Shown here: one piece after another, positions 36,525 through 46,806 of the stretch
Numbering within the stretch: position 1 is the first letter of the stretch
How the letters are laid out: each line of letters begins with the position of its first letter
DNA from: Chloroflexota bacterium
Lineage (GTDB): Bacteria > Chloroflexota > Dehalococcoidia > Bin125
Assembly: GCA_009838735.1 (NCBI GenBank)
Contig: VXQZ01000033.1
Coordinates: forward strand, 50,826 to 114,825
Length of the DNA stretch: 64,000 nt
Direction of reading: 5' to 3'
The notes under the pieces: model-generated
Seen by the model: the letters and a program-made list of their open reading frames with translations, nothing else
The model's database searches: none
Told to the model about the DNA's origin: nothing
Program-made: the position numbers and the translations under genes

Positions 36525-36836
36525 GTGCAGTTGAGAGAGTCTGCGTTGGCGATTCGCATCGACCGTCCGAGATTTCGAGACATCTTTGCTCGTATGGAGA
36601 TCCCGCAGGCTCCGGCGGACGACTTCGTTGACGCCGTTGAGGACACGGTCAACGAGGGACGTGACGAACTTGCGACGAAAGATGATCTACGTGCTCTTGC
36701 AGCCGAACTCATGCAGGACGCTGCCGAGCGAGAGGCTCGGATTCTGCAGAATCAGCTCGTCATGGTCGGCGTGATCCTTGGAGCCATGGCAATCGCAACA
36801 GGCGTCATCATCGCGGTTGTCACGCTCTCTGCTTAG
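36525..36836 (+). CDS. DUF1640-like coiled-coil protein with C-terminal TM helix (paralogue 4)
   Basis: 103 aa from GTG; N-terminal ALAIRIDRPRFRDIFARM parallels paralogue 1; C-terminal LVMVGVILGAMAIATGVIIAVVTL. Confidence 0.55.
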   Translation: MQLRESALAIRIDRPRFRDIFARMEIPQAPADDFVDAVEDTVNEGRDELATKDDLRALAAELMQDAAEREARILQNQLVMVGVILGAMAIATGVIIAVVTLSA

Positions 36837-37735
36837 CCGCCCTTGACCTCGGGCCAGACTTCTCGCCAGGCGGTTTCGATGGTCTGCAGGTATTGGTCAA
36901 CTGGGATTGACAGCTCCCGGTCGTAGTTGGGCATGCCAATGCCGAGTCGGGTGATGCCCATGTCGCGCGCGGCGCTCAGCATCCTCAACGTGTTCGACAT
37001 GTCGCCGTCCAGAGGCGGCAGCCACTGGATCGGAAAGTCGTCAGGCTCTCTCTCATTGGCCTCGAGCTGCGCGCGCAGGCGTCCGATCAGCTCGGCCAGT
37101 TGTTCCACGGTGGACTGGACGGGTGCGATCCAGCCGTCGCCGAGGCGGGCTGTCCTTTCAATCGCAGCTTGAGCAAAGCCGCCAAAGAGGATCGGTGGAC
37201 CGCCCGGCGTGACCGGCTTGGGCATCACCGACATCTGGTCGATGTTGACGTAGCGGCCGTTGAAGGTGATCGGTTCCTCGGTCCAACAGGCGCGGAGCAC
37301 TCGGATGTACTCCTCCATCCGGCTCGGGCGCTGGCGGAAGTTGGCGGTCAGTGCGTCGAACTCCTGCCATTGCCAGCCGATCCCGATCCCGAGGCGCATC
37401 CGTCCGCCGGACAGGATGTCGACCTCGGCGGCCTGCTTGGCCACGAGTACGGGTTCGCGTTGGGGCAGGACGAGCACGTTGGTTTGCAGCGCCACTCGGC
37501 TGGTGATGGCGGCGAGCCAGGCAAGCGTCGTCATCACCTCATGCTGGTGTACATCGTCGGTGTAGGGACCGGTCTGCGGCCGGTCGTCGCGCGCGTAGGC
37601 GTAGACGATGTGGTCGGCCATCGAAATGAAGTCACAGCCGATCGCCTCGACACCCTGGGCCCAGTCGCGCAGCTCCGAGACATCCCAGTGCCAGTGCCAG
37701 GCGGGGATCTGACAGCCGAATTCAAACTGTGCCAT
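36833..37735 (-). CDS. LLM-class flavin/F420-dependent oxidoreductase (luciferase-like monooxygenase)
   Basis: 300 aa from the internal ATG (MAQFEFG) with GAGGAG RBS; LLM TIM-barrel signature. Confidence 0.8.
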   Translation of the reverse strand: MAQFEFGCQIPAWHWHWDVSELRDWAQGVEAIGCDFISMADHIVYAYARDDRPQTGPYTDDVHQHEVMTTLAWLAAITSRVALQTNVLVLPQREPVLVAKQAAEVDILSGGRMRLGIGIGWQWQEFDALTANFRQRPSRMEEYIRVLRACWTEEPITFNGRYVNIDQMSVMPKPVTPGGPPILFGGFAQAAIERTARLGDGWIAPVQSTVEQLAELIGRLRAQLEANEREPDDFPIQWLPPLDGDMSNTLRMLSAARDMGITRLGIGMPNYDRELSIPVDQYLQTIETAWREVWPEVKGG

Positions 37736-37825
37736 TTGGGTACTCCTCGTGACTGGTGAGATTGAAGCGCGGTCGGTCAGGTGTATCCTAAGCGCATCCC
37801 GACGGCTGCTGGAGACTGGTGAGGT

Positions 37826-38065
37826 ATGGCGCTGGATGAACGGCATGCTGGCGAAGAGGGCGTCCTACGGAGCGACATCGCGGATGTGATCGACCGCGCG
37901 GCGGCAATGGCGGTCTATGCATTCGCCTCAGTCAATCAGGCCGGTGCGACCGAGGGCCTGCGCTTGCCGCCGCAGTTGGCGGAGCATCTGGCAGAAGCAA
38001 CGTACGTCGACGTCCTGCGCTATTCGCTGGACGAGTGCACCTGTCCCTGCCATCAGGAGCATTAG
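37826..38065 (+). CDS. Hypothetical small protein (79 aa, Cys-rich C-terminus CTCPCH)
   Basis: GGTGAGG upstream of ATG; divergent from the LLM gene; no homology recognised. Confidence 0.3.
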   Translation: MALDERHAGEEGVLRSDIADVIDRAAAMAVYAFASVNQAGATEGLRLPPQLAEHLAEATYVDVLRYSLDECTCPCHQEH

Positions 38066-38220
38066 GCCTCCGAGAACTCCCTCCGCCTCGCCCCTTCGGC
38101 CAAGGCCTGGCCCTGGCATCTTCCCTCCGTGCGCGAGGGGAGAGCGGATTCCGGCTACACTGCGGTTGACTGCGCTTGCGCAGATGAGATTTCACGCGAC
38201 GACATGAAGGAGCATGCGCG

Positions 38221-38856
38221 ATGACCACGGCAACCAAGGATTCGGTGGTAACCCCGGAGCGGTTCAAGTCGGGGATGACCTGGAACCAGTACCTGGCCTT
38301 CATCAACTCGGAAGAGAACTTTCAGCGCCTGACTCCGGGTGGCCAACCGCGCGGCGACGCGAACGTCGAGCGGTTTGTCCGCAACATGAGCGCCTGGCAA
38401 ATCTCGGAAGATGGCCGCGAGGCGCTGCAGTCGCTGCCTCGGCTGAAGATGCTGGTCCTGGGTGAGGACTGGTGCCCGGATGTCTACCGCGGACTGCCGG
38501 TACTCGCCGAGATCGCCGCGACGGCAGGGTGGGAGATTCGAATTTTCGCCCGCGACGAGAATAACGACATCATGTCCGAGTTCCTCAAGGACGGCCTGCA
38601 CGAGTCGATCCCCACGGCAGTGATCTACACGATGGACCACGAGTACATCGGTCACTGGATCGAGCGTCCGGCAGTGGCGAACGAGCACATGGCCAACATG
38701 CAGAAGCTGTTCAGCCGCAAAGAGGGTGAATCCGAGGACGACATGCGGGCGCGCATCCGGCAGGGCTACCGAGACCTGCAGTCGTCGGACGAGTGGGCCT
38801 CGTGGCGCGACGAGACGGTCAACGAGATCGTCACTCTGGTGCGGGCGAACACCTAG
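38221..38856 (+). CDS. Thioredoxin-fold family protein
   Basis: 211 aa; LVLGEDWCPDVYRGLP (single-Cys thioredoxin-like site); AAGGAG RBS. Confidence 0.65.
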   Translation: MTTATKDSVVTPERFKSGMTWNQYLAFINSEENFQRLTPGGQPRGDANVERFVRNMSAWQISEDGREALQSLPRLKMLVLGEDWCPDVYRGLPVLAEIAATAGWEIRIFARDENNDIMSEFLKDGLHESIPTAVIYTMDHEYIGHWIERPAVANEHMANMQKLFSRKEGESEDDMRARIRQGYRDLQSSDEWASWRDETVNEIVTLVRANT

Positions 38857-38884
38857 CGGTTGCATTCTGGCTCGACCAGAGACC

Positions 38885-38915
38885 TCACCTAGCCCCCTCA
38901 CGGAGGGGGCTAGGT
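38885..38915. terminator. Perfect 14-bp-stem hairpin between convergent genes (candidate bidirectional terminator)
   Basis: cacctagccccctc-acg-gagggggctaggtg. Confidence 0.55.
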
Positions 38916-38924
38916 GATGGTTCG

Positions 38925-39626
38925 TCAGTCGGCCACTGTTCCACCGAATGGGCTATCGGGCGGCTCTTCCGGTTCGTCTTCCTTCTCGGCGATCGGTGCA
39001 CGCTGCTCGATCGCGCGCATCGCTCGCCAGGTGATGAACCAGCGCTGCAGTGCCGTGAGGTTGGTGAGCACGGCGAGCAGCCAGAGCATCGGCACGATCT
39101 GCGATGAGAGCAACCCAATCGCCACGATCAGGACGCGCTCGAGTCGGGTTCCCAGCCCGGTGCGGATGCTGACGCCGAACTCGCCCGCCTTGGAGCGGGT
39201 GTAACTGACCATCATGCTGCCGAACAGAGAAACGGCAATCAGGACGATTGCCGTGCGATCGAAGCGCTCGGCGGCGCTGTACCAGATCAGCAGTCCGAAG
39301 AGGATTGCGAAGTCGGCGAAGCGGTCGGAGACGGCATCGAAGACGGCGCCCCAGTCGGAAGCTCGACCGGTGGCGCGGGCGACGGCGCCGTCGAGCAGAT
39401 CGAACAGCGCGGCGGCGAGCATGACGATCCCCGCCTGCCAGAACTTGCCATAGGCCACCAGCGTGGCCGCGCCGGCCATGCCGAGCAGGCCAATCAGGGT
39501 GAGCGCGTTTGGTGTGAGACCGGTGCGAGCAACGGCCCGTCCGAGCCGCTCCGAAACCTCAGTTGATATCGAGTGGGGAAGGAGAGACACGCAGTTTCCG
39601 AGTGAACTCGCCCGCAGTGGATTCAC
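38925..39626 (-). CDS. CDP-alcohol phosphatidyltransferase family protein (PI/PGP-synthase-like)
   Basis: D-x2-DG-x2-AR ... G ... D-x3-D motif (FDLLDGAVARATG...DAVSDRFAD); multiple TM helices. Confidence 0.85.
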   Translation of the reverse strand: MNPLRASSLGNCVSLLPHSISTEVSERLGRAVARTGLTPNALTLIGLLGMAGAATLVAYGKFWQAGIVMLAAALFDLLDGAVARATGRASDWGAVFDAVSDRFADFAILFGLLIWYSAAERFDRTAIVLIAVSLFGSMMVSYTRSKAGEFGVSIRTGLGTRLERVLIVAIGLLSSQIVPMLWLLAVLTNLTALQRWFITWRAMRAIEQRAPIAEKEDEPEEPPDSPFGGTVAD

Positions 39627-39655
39627 TCTACACAGCGAGCAGAGCTTGACCGGAG

Positions 39656-40564
39656 TTAGTCGTAAAACATTCGCTTGCCGACAAAGAAGAGAAGGAATGC
39701 GACGGGGATCGCCGCGGCGATCATGATGACGTGATTGAGGTTGAGCTGATCATAGAAGGGCTTGTCCTGGGATTCGATGTACGGCCAGTTGAGGAGCAGT
39801 GCGCGCTCGGCGTTGTCGGTGAATTTGGAAATGAGCTCGTCTTCGGGAATGCCGCAGATCTCCTCGACAGCGTCATAGAAGGGCACGCCTTCGCCCACGG
39901 CTCGAAAGAGATCGGCAAGCGCATCAGGGCCCCAGTCCTGAAGGAGCCAGGCGAGCATGCCGCCGGCCTGTCCGAAGTACTTGGCCTGGAATTGCCCGGT
40001 GGTAGGGACGACCTCGAGTTGCTCTGTTGTGTAGAACTCCTCGTAGTCGAGATAGAGGACGGAACCGGCGCGTCGGAGGAAGAAGCCGGGCAGCGGTCCC
40101 TGGGACCACAAGCCGAGCGCGGCGCGCATCCAGACGGGGACCTCAGTGGCATATTGCCTGGTGGCGGCGTTGATCAGCGCGTTGGTGACGGCATTGCGGA
40201 CGTCGCCGGATGTGCTGCGCAGCACGTTCACGGGAGGGATCTCGGCTGTGACTCCGTCTGGAAGCTGTTCGGGGTCTGACGGGTCGGCGCCCGGCGGCCA
40301 GACGACGATGGTCAGGGAAGCGGATATCTCGGTGTCGATGAGTTCGCTGACCAGGTCGTAGGCTCCCTGGGCATGGTCGGCCAGGTCGTCGGCGCGTTCT
40401 TGGCCCTGTGAATGCCAGAGCGTCAGGTCGCCTCGTTTGGCCGATGACCATTGGCGCTCCTCGTCCTGGGCGCCGATCGAGGTGAACGAACAGGCCAACC
40501 AACCGGCACAGAAGGCTACCAAGAGGAGCACGTGAGACCGTCGGGGTACGCGAGACCGGGTCAC
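39656..40564 (-). CDS. Secreted/membrane-anchored peptidase_MA-like protein lacking HExxH (paralogue of 49982-51502)
   Basis: Signal peptide, C-terminal TM; central region aligns by eye with the HExxH peptidase downstream (WLLQDWGPDALADLFRAV vs VLYLLGEYGNEKMNELFATF). Confidence 0.5.
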   Translation of the reverse strand: MTRSRVPRRSHVLLLVAFCAGWLACSFTSIGAQDEERQWSSAKRGDLTLWHSQGQERADDLADHAQGAYDLVSELIDTEISASLTIVVWPPGADPSDPEQLPDGVTAEIPPVNVLRSTSGDVRNAVTNALINAATRQYATEVPVWMRAALGLWSQGPLPGFFLRRAGSVLYLDYEEFYTTEQLEVVPTTGQFQAKYFGQAGGMLAWLLQDWGPDALADLFRAVGEGVPFYDAVEEICGIPEDELISKFTDNAERALLLNWPYIESQDKPFYDQLNLNHVIMIAAAIPVAFLLFFVGKRMFYD

Positions 40565-40573
40565 GGGGCCAGA

Positions 40574-41623
40574 CTACGCGGGCACGAGGGACTGATACAG
40601 GTCCAGGTGCTGTCGAGCGATCACATGCGAGTCGAAGCGGTTTGCGGCCTCCCGTCCGCGATTGGCCAGGCGTTCTCGCAACTGGGCGTCGTCGAGGAGT
40701 CGCAACAGGTTCTGGGCGAGCGCATCCGGATCGTTGGGAGGAGAGAGCAAGGCGGCGTCGCCGTTGTTTGTGGCGATCCGGTAACCGGGAATGTCGGAGG
40801 CAACCAGCGGGACGCCTGCTGCCATCGACTCGATGAGCACGAGCCCCAAGGCTTCGCCGCCCGAGGCGGGAAACGCGGCGCAGGTCGCCGACTTCATGAG
40901 CAACGGGATTTCCTCGTGTGGGATCGGTCCGAGGAATGTCGTTCGGCCGTCGGCCAGCTGGCGAGTCGAGTGGCGGACAGGTCCTGCAATCACCAGTTTC
41001 GCCTGAGGTAGCTGCCGGATGGCACGCAGGAGGAGCGTGAGCCCTTTTCGCGGCTCGTCTCGTCCGACAAAGAGGATTGTGTTGGGTTCGGGATTGCGCG
41101 TAACGGCGCTAAAGGCGGCCAGATCCAGACAGGGGTAGATGATCCGGGGCTCGTAGCTGATGGCAGGGACGGCAGTCTGGTGTGAGATTGGGCTGGCGCA
41201 GATCAGGGCGTCGGCGCGGCGCATCAGTCTTCGGGTTAGTGGCGCCGTCCAGCGGTAGAAGCGATGCGCGACGACTTCGGCCGAGTGCAACGTGACGACG
41301 GTCGGGACCGGAGACGGATGGAGCAAGGCGAGGGGTCCGACCGCCGGCAGGAGCGGTTCCTGGATGTGAAGGAGGTCGTGCGGCAGGCGGAGGAAGCGCC
41401 GTAGGGCGAGCGCGTCGAGTGGATGGAGGGCGAGGTCGGCTCGTGTGCCTCCCAGCGAGACTCGGAGCGGCCGTGAAGGCGCGAAGATGGTCGAATCGTG
41501 GCCGACATCGCTGAGCGCTCGTGAGAGCGCGTATGTGTGGGTCTGGACGCCGCCGGGTTGCCTGGGATCATAGGGGAGGACATGTTGGATTCTCACGGCT
41601 TCGAGTCCGGTTCGCCCTGTCAA
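40574..41623 (-). CDS. Glycosyltransferase family 4 (PimA-like)
   Basis: 349 aa; GT-B fold with the E-x7-E C-terminal region. Confidence 0.8.
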   Translation of the reverse strand: MTGRTGLEAVRIQHVLPYDPRQPGGVQTHTYALSRALSDVGHDSTIFAPSRPLRVSLGGTRADLALHPLDALALRRFLRLPHDLLHIQEPLLPAVGPLALLHPSPVPTVVTLHSAEVVAHRFYRWTAPLTRRLMRRADALICASPISHQTAVPAISYEPRIIYPCLDLAAFSAVTRNPEPNTILFVGRDEPRKGLTLLLRAIRQLPQAKLVIAGPVRHSTRQLADGRTTFLGPIPHEEIPLLMKSATCAAFPASGGEALGLVLIESMAAGVPLVASDIPGYRIATNNGDAALLSPPNDPDALAQNLLRLLDDAQLRERLANRGREAANRFDSHVIARQHLDLYQSLVPA

Positions 41624-42381
41624 GCGCCGGTGCGTCGTCGCCGGAGTATCGCGCGAGGAGTGGCGCTAATCCCTCTCCATTGCTGATGAAGGAGGCGTCC
41701 GGCGCCGATGTTGCGCAGCCGCGGATACTCTCCGAGCTCACCGACCGTGGTTCCAGCATCGAGCGCCGCGCGCAGCGCGTCCTGTCCGTTTCCCTCAAAG
41801 ATGGTCACGGAAGAGCCGACCTGTTCGTGAAAGTGTGCGTCTGATCCACCGGTTGTCACCAGGCCCCACGCCTGGTTGGCCTCGATCACCCGGTTGCGGC
41901 GCCAGCGGGCGGAGGGGATGGGATTGGCGGTCTCGATCCCGAGAATCGGCGGTTCATTGCCGCCGCGTTCGGGGGCGAGATCTCGCACCAGACGGTCAAT
42001 GTCGCCGATGTTGAGCGCGATTGGCATGACGGCGCACGGGTGGGCGATGATCGCCACGCCGCCCTGCTTCCAGATCGCCTCGACGGTTGCGGCGGCGCTG
42101 CGGAAGAACGGGATCGGTTCCTCAATCCAGAGCGCGAGGATGTGTCCCTGTCGACTGGTGACCTCACTACCGATGATCACCTCGACGGGATGGTTGTTGC
42201 GCGCGGATATCTCACGCGCGATCTGGGCGCCGCGGGTGTGGTCGTGGTCGGTCACGGCGATGATGTCTACGCCGCGTCGGTGAGCGGCGTCAAGGATTGT
42301 CAGCGCATCGTCCATTCCATCCGATTCCTCGGTGTGGATCTGCAAATCGGCGCGGCCGATGTTCCGCTCTGGATCGCTCAT
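41620..42381 (-). CDS. PHP (polymerase/histidinol-phosphatase) domain phosphoesterase
   Basis: ADLQIHTEESDG ... VTDHDH metal-binding motifs; start overlaps the GT4 gene (ATGA). Confidence 0.8.
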   Translation of the reverse strand: MSDPERNIGRADLQIHTEESDGMDDALTILDAAHRRGVDIIAVTDHDHTRGAQIAREISARNNHPVEVIIGSEVTSRQGHILALWIEEPIPFFRSAAATVEAIWKQGGVAIIAHPCAVMPIALNIGDIDRLVRDLAPERGGNEPPILGIETANPIPSARWRRNRVIEANQAWGLVTTGGSDAHFHEQVGSSVTIFEGNGQDALRAALDAGTTVGELGEYPRLRNIGAGRLLHQQWRGISATPRAILRRRRTGA

Positions 42382-43310
42382 GTCCGGACCTCGGCTGGTT
42401 GATCGCGGGGATGGAGATCGTCCCAGGGGGTATCTCGACAGGGCGCCCAGGGCGACTCCGGAACGCGCCAAAAATGGGCGTGTTCTTCGATGATCGGCTC
42501 GAAGAGCCGGGCCAGATTGGCCGTGTTCGTGCGGGTGTCCAGGGCTCGGTTGCCCTTGAGCAACAGATCCAGTGGCGGCAGAAACGTGACATTGAACTGC
42601 AACCGATCCGGGCCGGGTCGGCGGACGGCGTACAGGGGGAGCACTTCGGCCTTGGCGCGAATCGCCAGATCGATGGCGCCAACCGGGAATCGCGCCTGGC
42701 GTCCGAAGAAGGGCACACAGGCTCCGCCGCCCTGGCGATCACGGTCCCAGAGGATGCAAACCACACCGCCAGCTCGCAGCGTGCGTAGCGCCGAGGCGAT
42801 TCCGGTTTGTGAGGCAGTCAGGAACTCAATGCCCACCGCTGCGCGAGCGGCGTTGACGGCGTCGAGATGATCCTGGTCGTCCAGGCGCTCGACGAGGGCC
42901 ACGGCAGATATGTCAAGCGCGGCCAAGGCCTTGACCGCAACCTCGGGATTGGAGATGTGGGCTGTGGTCAATACGACGCCGCGGCCGGACCGGTGGGCGT
43001 CGAGCAGATGGTCGAGTCCGGCGACGTGCAGGTGGCGGTCGAGGACTACCCGGGGCGAGATGGATGGCAGCAACGCGAGGTCGACGTAGTAGCGAGCGGT
43101 CTCGGCGATGACCTCAGCAGTGTCGCGGTTGAGCTGGGCCGGAGTGTGTTCCGGATGGATGCGCTGGAGGTTGTTGCGAATGCGGATGCGTCGCCGTTCG
43201 AGCAGGGGCAGCGCCAGAGAGGCGGCGGTCTCGGCGATGGCGTAGAGCCACTGTCGGGGTAGGAATCGGGAAAGCCAGGCCAGAACGGCCAGGGCGTAAG
43301 CGGTCGTCAT
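42378..43310 (-). CDS. Lysophospholipid acyltransferase (LPLAT/HtrB-PatA-like)
   Basis: 310 aa; N-terminal TM; LABLAT-type fold (recalled). Confidence 0.75.
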   Translation of the reverse strand: MTTAYALAVLAWLSRFLPRQWLYAIAETAASLALPLLERRRIRIRNNLQRIHPEHTPAQLNRDTAEVIAETARYYVDLALLPSISPRVVLDRHLHVAGLDHLLDAHRSGRGVVLTTAHISNPEVAVKALAALDISAVALVERLDDQDHLDAVNAARAAVGIEFLTASQTGIASALRTLRAGGVVCILWDRDRQGGGACVPFFGRQARFPVGAIDLAIRAKAEVLPLYAVRRPGPDRLQFNVTFLPPLDLLLKGNRALDTRTNTANLARLFEPIIEEHAHFWRVPESPWAPCRDTPWDDLHPRDQPAEVRT

Positions 43311-43322
43311 AGAGACATCTTC

Positions 43323-44183
43323 TCACGTCTTGAAGAAGTCCCTGAACTGGTACCACTGGTCCGGCGCCGCGTCGACTGCACGCTGGAAGGCTGGCAGCAG
43401 CGGAACGCCTGCGCGGTGGTCCAGGTCGATGTGGGGTACGAAGCGAAGGTCGTGACCCTGGCGGGTCGCGGCGAGGGGGACGAGCTTGGCGCCGGTTGAC
43501 TCGGCGATCCGGTGGATTTCGTTGGGAAGGACAACTCTGTGGCCGAACAGGGTTTCGGTGGTGGTCCGTTCGTTCGGGCGGGGCGGGCGGTCGAAGAGGA
43601 TGGCGGCGGTTCCGTTGTCGTTGAGATGGGAAACGATTTGACGCAGGCCTCGGCGACCGCTGGCCGGGGCCATGCCGAGGCGGGATCGCTGATCCTGGAT
43701 GGCTCGATTGAGGGCCGGGTGGCCGAGGTCTTCCACGAGGACCATTGAGGGACCGATCCGGTGGGTGTAGGCGCCGCCGAGGATGTCCCAGTTGCCGAAG
43801 TGGATGACGGCGAACAGGATTGGGCGGCGTTGGTACAACTCTTCAAGTTGCTTCCACTGGTCGACCCAAACCGGATCGTCGCCTCCGACTGCCGCGTAAC
43901 AGTCGGCCGAACTGAGTTCGTCGAGGCGGACGGCGTCAACCAGGTACTCGCCGTACCGTTGAAACTGGGCGCGGGCCAGGGATGAGGCAGAGCCGATCCA
44001 ATCAACGTGCGGTAGGAGCAACTCGGCGTTGCGCCGGGCGGCGTTGCCGCCTCTGGGCCAGCCGAGGTAGACGGCGTCCATGAGGCGTCGGGCGGTGGCG
44101 TAGGCGAGGGGCCGTGGGAGGGCTCGGGCTGCGCGACCCAGTGTCTGATAGCCGAGGGCGAGCGGATTCATCGGAGCCCTCAC
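43323..44183 (-). CDS. Second LPLAT-family lipid acyltransferase
   Basis: 286 aa; HFGNWD acyltransferase H-x4-D motif. Confidence 0.75.
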   Translation of the reverse strand: MRAPMNPLALGYQTLGRAARALPRPLAYATARRLMDAVYLGWPRGGNAARRNAELLLPHVDWIGSASSLARAQFQRYGEYLVDAVRLDELSSADCYAAVGGDDPVWVDQWKQLEELYQRRPILFAVIHFGNWDILGGAYTHRIGPSMVLVEDLGHPALNRAIQDQRSRLGMAPASGRRGLRQIVSHLNDNGTAAILFDRPPRPNERTTTETLFGHRVVLPNEIHRIAESTGAKLVPLAATRQGHDLRFVPHIDLDHRAGVPLLPAFQRAVDAAPDQWYQFRDFFKT

Positions 44184-44241
44184 CCTAACCCTCTCCCAGA
44201 GGGAGAGGGGACGAGAGATCTTCAGCCAGAGGGGGAGGGAA
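44166..44241. repeat. Family-B palindromic repeat unit plus a partial copy
   Basis: gagccctcaccctaaccctctcccagagggagaggggac followed by agccagagggggagggaaccgga; overlaps the first 18 nt of the LPLAT gene (43323-44183) and continues into the gap before the ino1 stop (44250). Confidence 0.65.
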
Positions 44242-44249
44242 CCGGAAGG

Positions 44250-45353
<1,104 letters not shown>

Positions 45354-45595
45354 GGAGAGTTCCTTCCGCGGATGGTGCGGTCGATGAGGATTGCCGAGCA
45401 AATTCGGAATCTCGCCGTGAGACGACCGCCCCGGATCACTCAGATGTCACCTGCGAGTACTTCAATCTACCAGCCGCATTTGTGATCCGCAGTCATTGAA
45501 GACATAGATGGAACGGCCGAATCGGTCGAAGATTGGGCGGTCTGGGCGGATCAGCCGCGGGCTCAGGGCATGGCGGCACGCGGTAGGCTGAGGCA

Positions 45596-46405
45596 ATGCC
45601 CGACCCTCGCGAGATGATGGCGGAGATGTATCTGCAGTTTGCAGGGGAGTTGGCGGATGCCGCGGGCGAAGCGATTCGGCCGTGGTTTCGGGCCGAGATG
45701 CAGGTTGACCGCAAGAGCGACGGCTCACCGGTTACTCAGGCCGACCGAGCCGCCGAAACCGCGATCCGAGAACGGATCGCCGACCAGTTTCCACTGCACG
45801 GCGTGATTGGCGAAGAGTACGGGAGCGAGGGCTCGGATTCCGAGTGGGTCTGGGTCGTTGATCCGATTGACGGCACCGGTGCGTTTGTGTCGGGATTGCC
45901 GACATTCGGCACGCTCATCGCCCTGGTTCACGATGGCAAACCCCTGCTGGGCGTACTTGACCAACCGATATTGAACGAGCGCTGGTCGGGAGTGCACTAC
46001 CCGGGAGTGACACGACGAACTACACACAATTCACACCTTGTCCACACGTCCTCCACGATCGAACTGGAAGCCTCGATCGGCTTCGCCACGACGCCGGAGA
46101 TGTTCACGGGCGCCGACCACACGGCGTGGCAAGCGTTGTCGTCCTCGTTCGAGCGAATTCGCTATGGGGCTGACTGCTATGCGTACGGCCTGCTGGCCTC
46201 CGGGTTTGTGGACATTGTGTGCGAAGCCTCGTTGAAGTCGTGGGACTACCTGGCGCTGGCCCCGATTGTGGAAGGGGCAGGTGGTCGGATGACGGACTGG
46301 GAGGGTGCGGAGCTGACCACCGGGTCAGGTGACAGAGTCGTGGCTGCGGCGAGTGCGCGTCTGCATCAGGCTGCTGTGGAACGACTGATGTGTGCGGATC
46401 GTTAA
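45596..46405 (+). CDS. Inositol monophosphatase family protein
   Basis: WVVDPIDGT metal-binding motif; 269 aa. Confidence 0.85.
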   Translation: MPDPREMMAEMYLQFAGELADAAGEAIRPWFRAEMQVDRKSDGSPVTQADRAAETAIRERIADQFPLHGVIGEEYGSEGSDSEWVWVVDPIDGTGAFVSGLPTFGTLIALVHDGKPLLGVLDQPILNERWSGVHYPGVTRRTTHNSHLVHTSSTIELEASIGFATTPEMFTGADHTAWQALSSSFERIRYGADCYAYGLLASGFVDIVCEASLKSWDYLALAPIVEGAGGRMTDWEGAELTTGSGDRVVAAASARLHQAAVERLMCADR

Positions 46406-46511
46406 CCCGGCTGTGGACAGCTCGTGGAATTGGGACAGAAATGTGGACAGAGAGACAGCAACACTCGAAGACAATCGAGAAGTGTTATCAGCCAGAACCA
46501 GTTGGAATCGA

Positions 46512-46733
46512 TCAGCCGGCAGCGTCGGCGTGAGCCTTGACCTTGCGCAAGACAGGCAATCCGGTGCGCGGATTTTCGACGATTTCATAGCCGTCGGGGA
46601 CCGCGTCGATAGCTCCAGGCTTCTCCGACTTGGCGAAGAAGTAGATGCGTTGCGAGTGGTGGTTTCTCAGCTCGATGTCTCGAGCGTGGAGAAAGTAGGT
46701 CTCGTGGCGGCGGTTCGTGGTGGAATAGGCCAT
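46512..46733 (-). CDS. Conserved small protein of unknown function (73 aa)
   Basis: ETYFLHARD ... IYFFAKS ... GYEIVENPRTGLPVLRK resembles a widespread hypothetical family (recalled, unnamed). Confidence 0.5.
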   Translation of the reverse strand: MAYSTTNRRHETYFLHARDIELRNHHSQRIYFFAKSEKPGAIDAVPDGYEIVENPRTGLPVLRKVKAHADAAG

Positions 46734-46806
46734 GGCTGCCAGCCTCCGTCTAAATGATCAGGCGCCTATGCGGTTGCATCATATATTCAAGCGACTTTCG
46801 CGCCAG

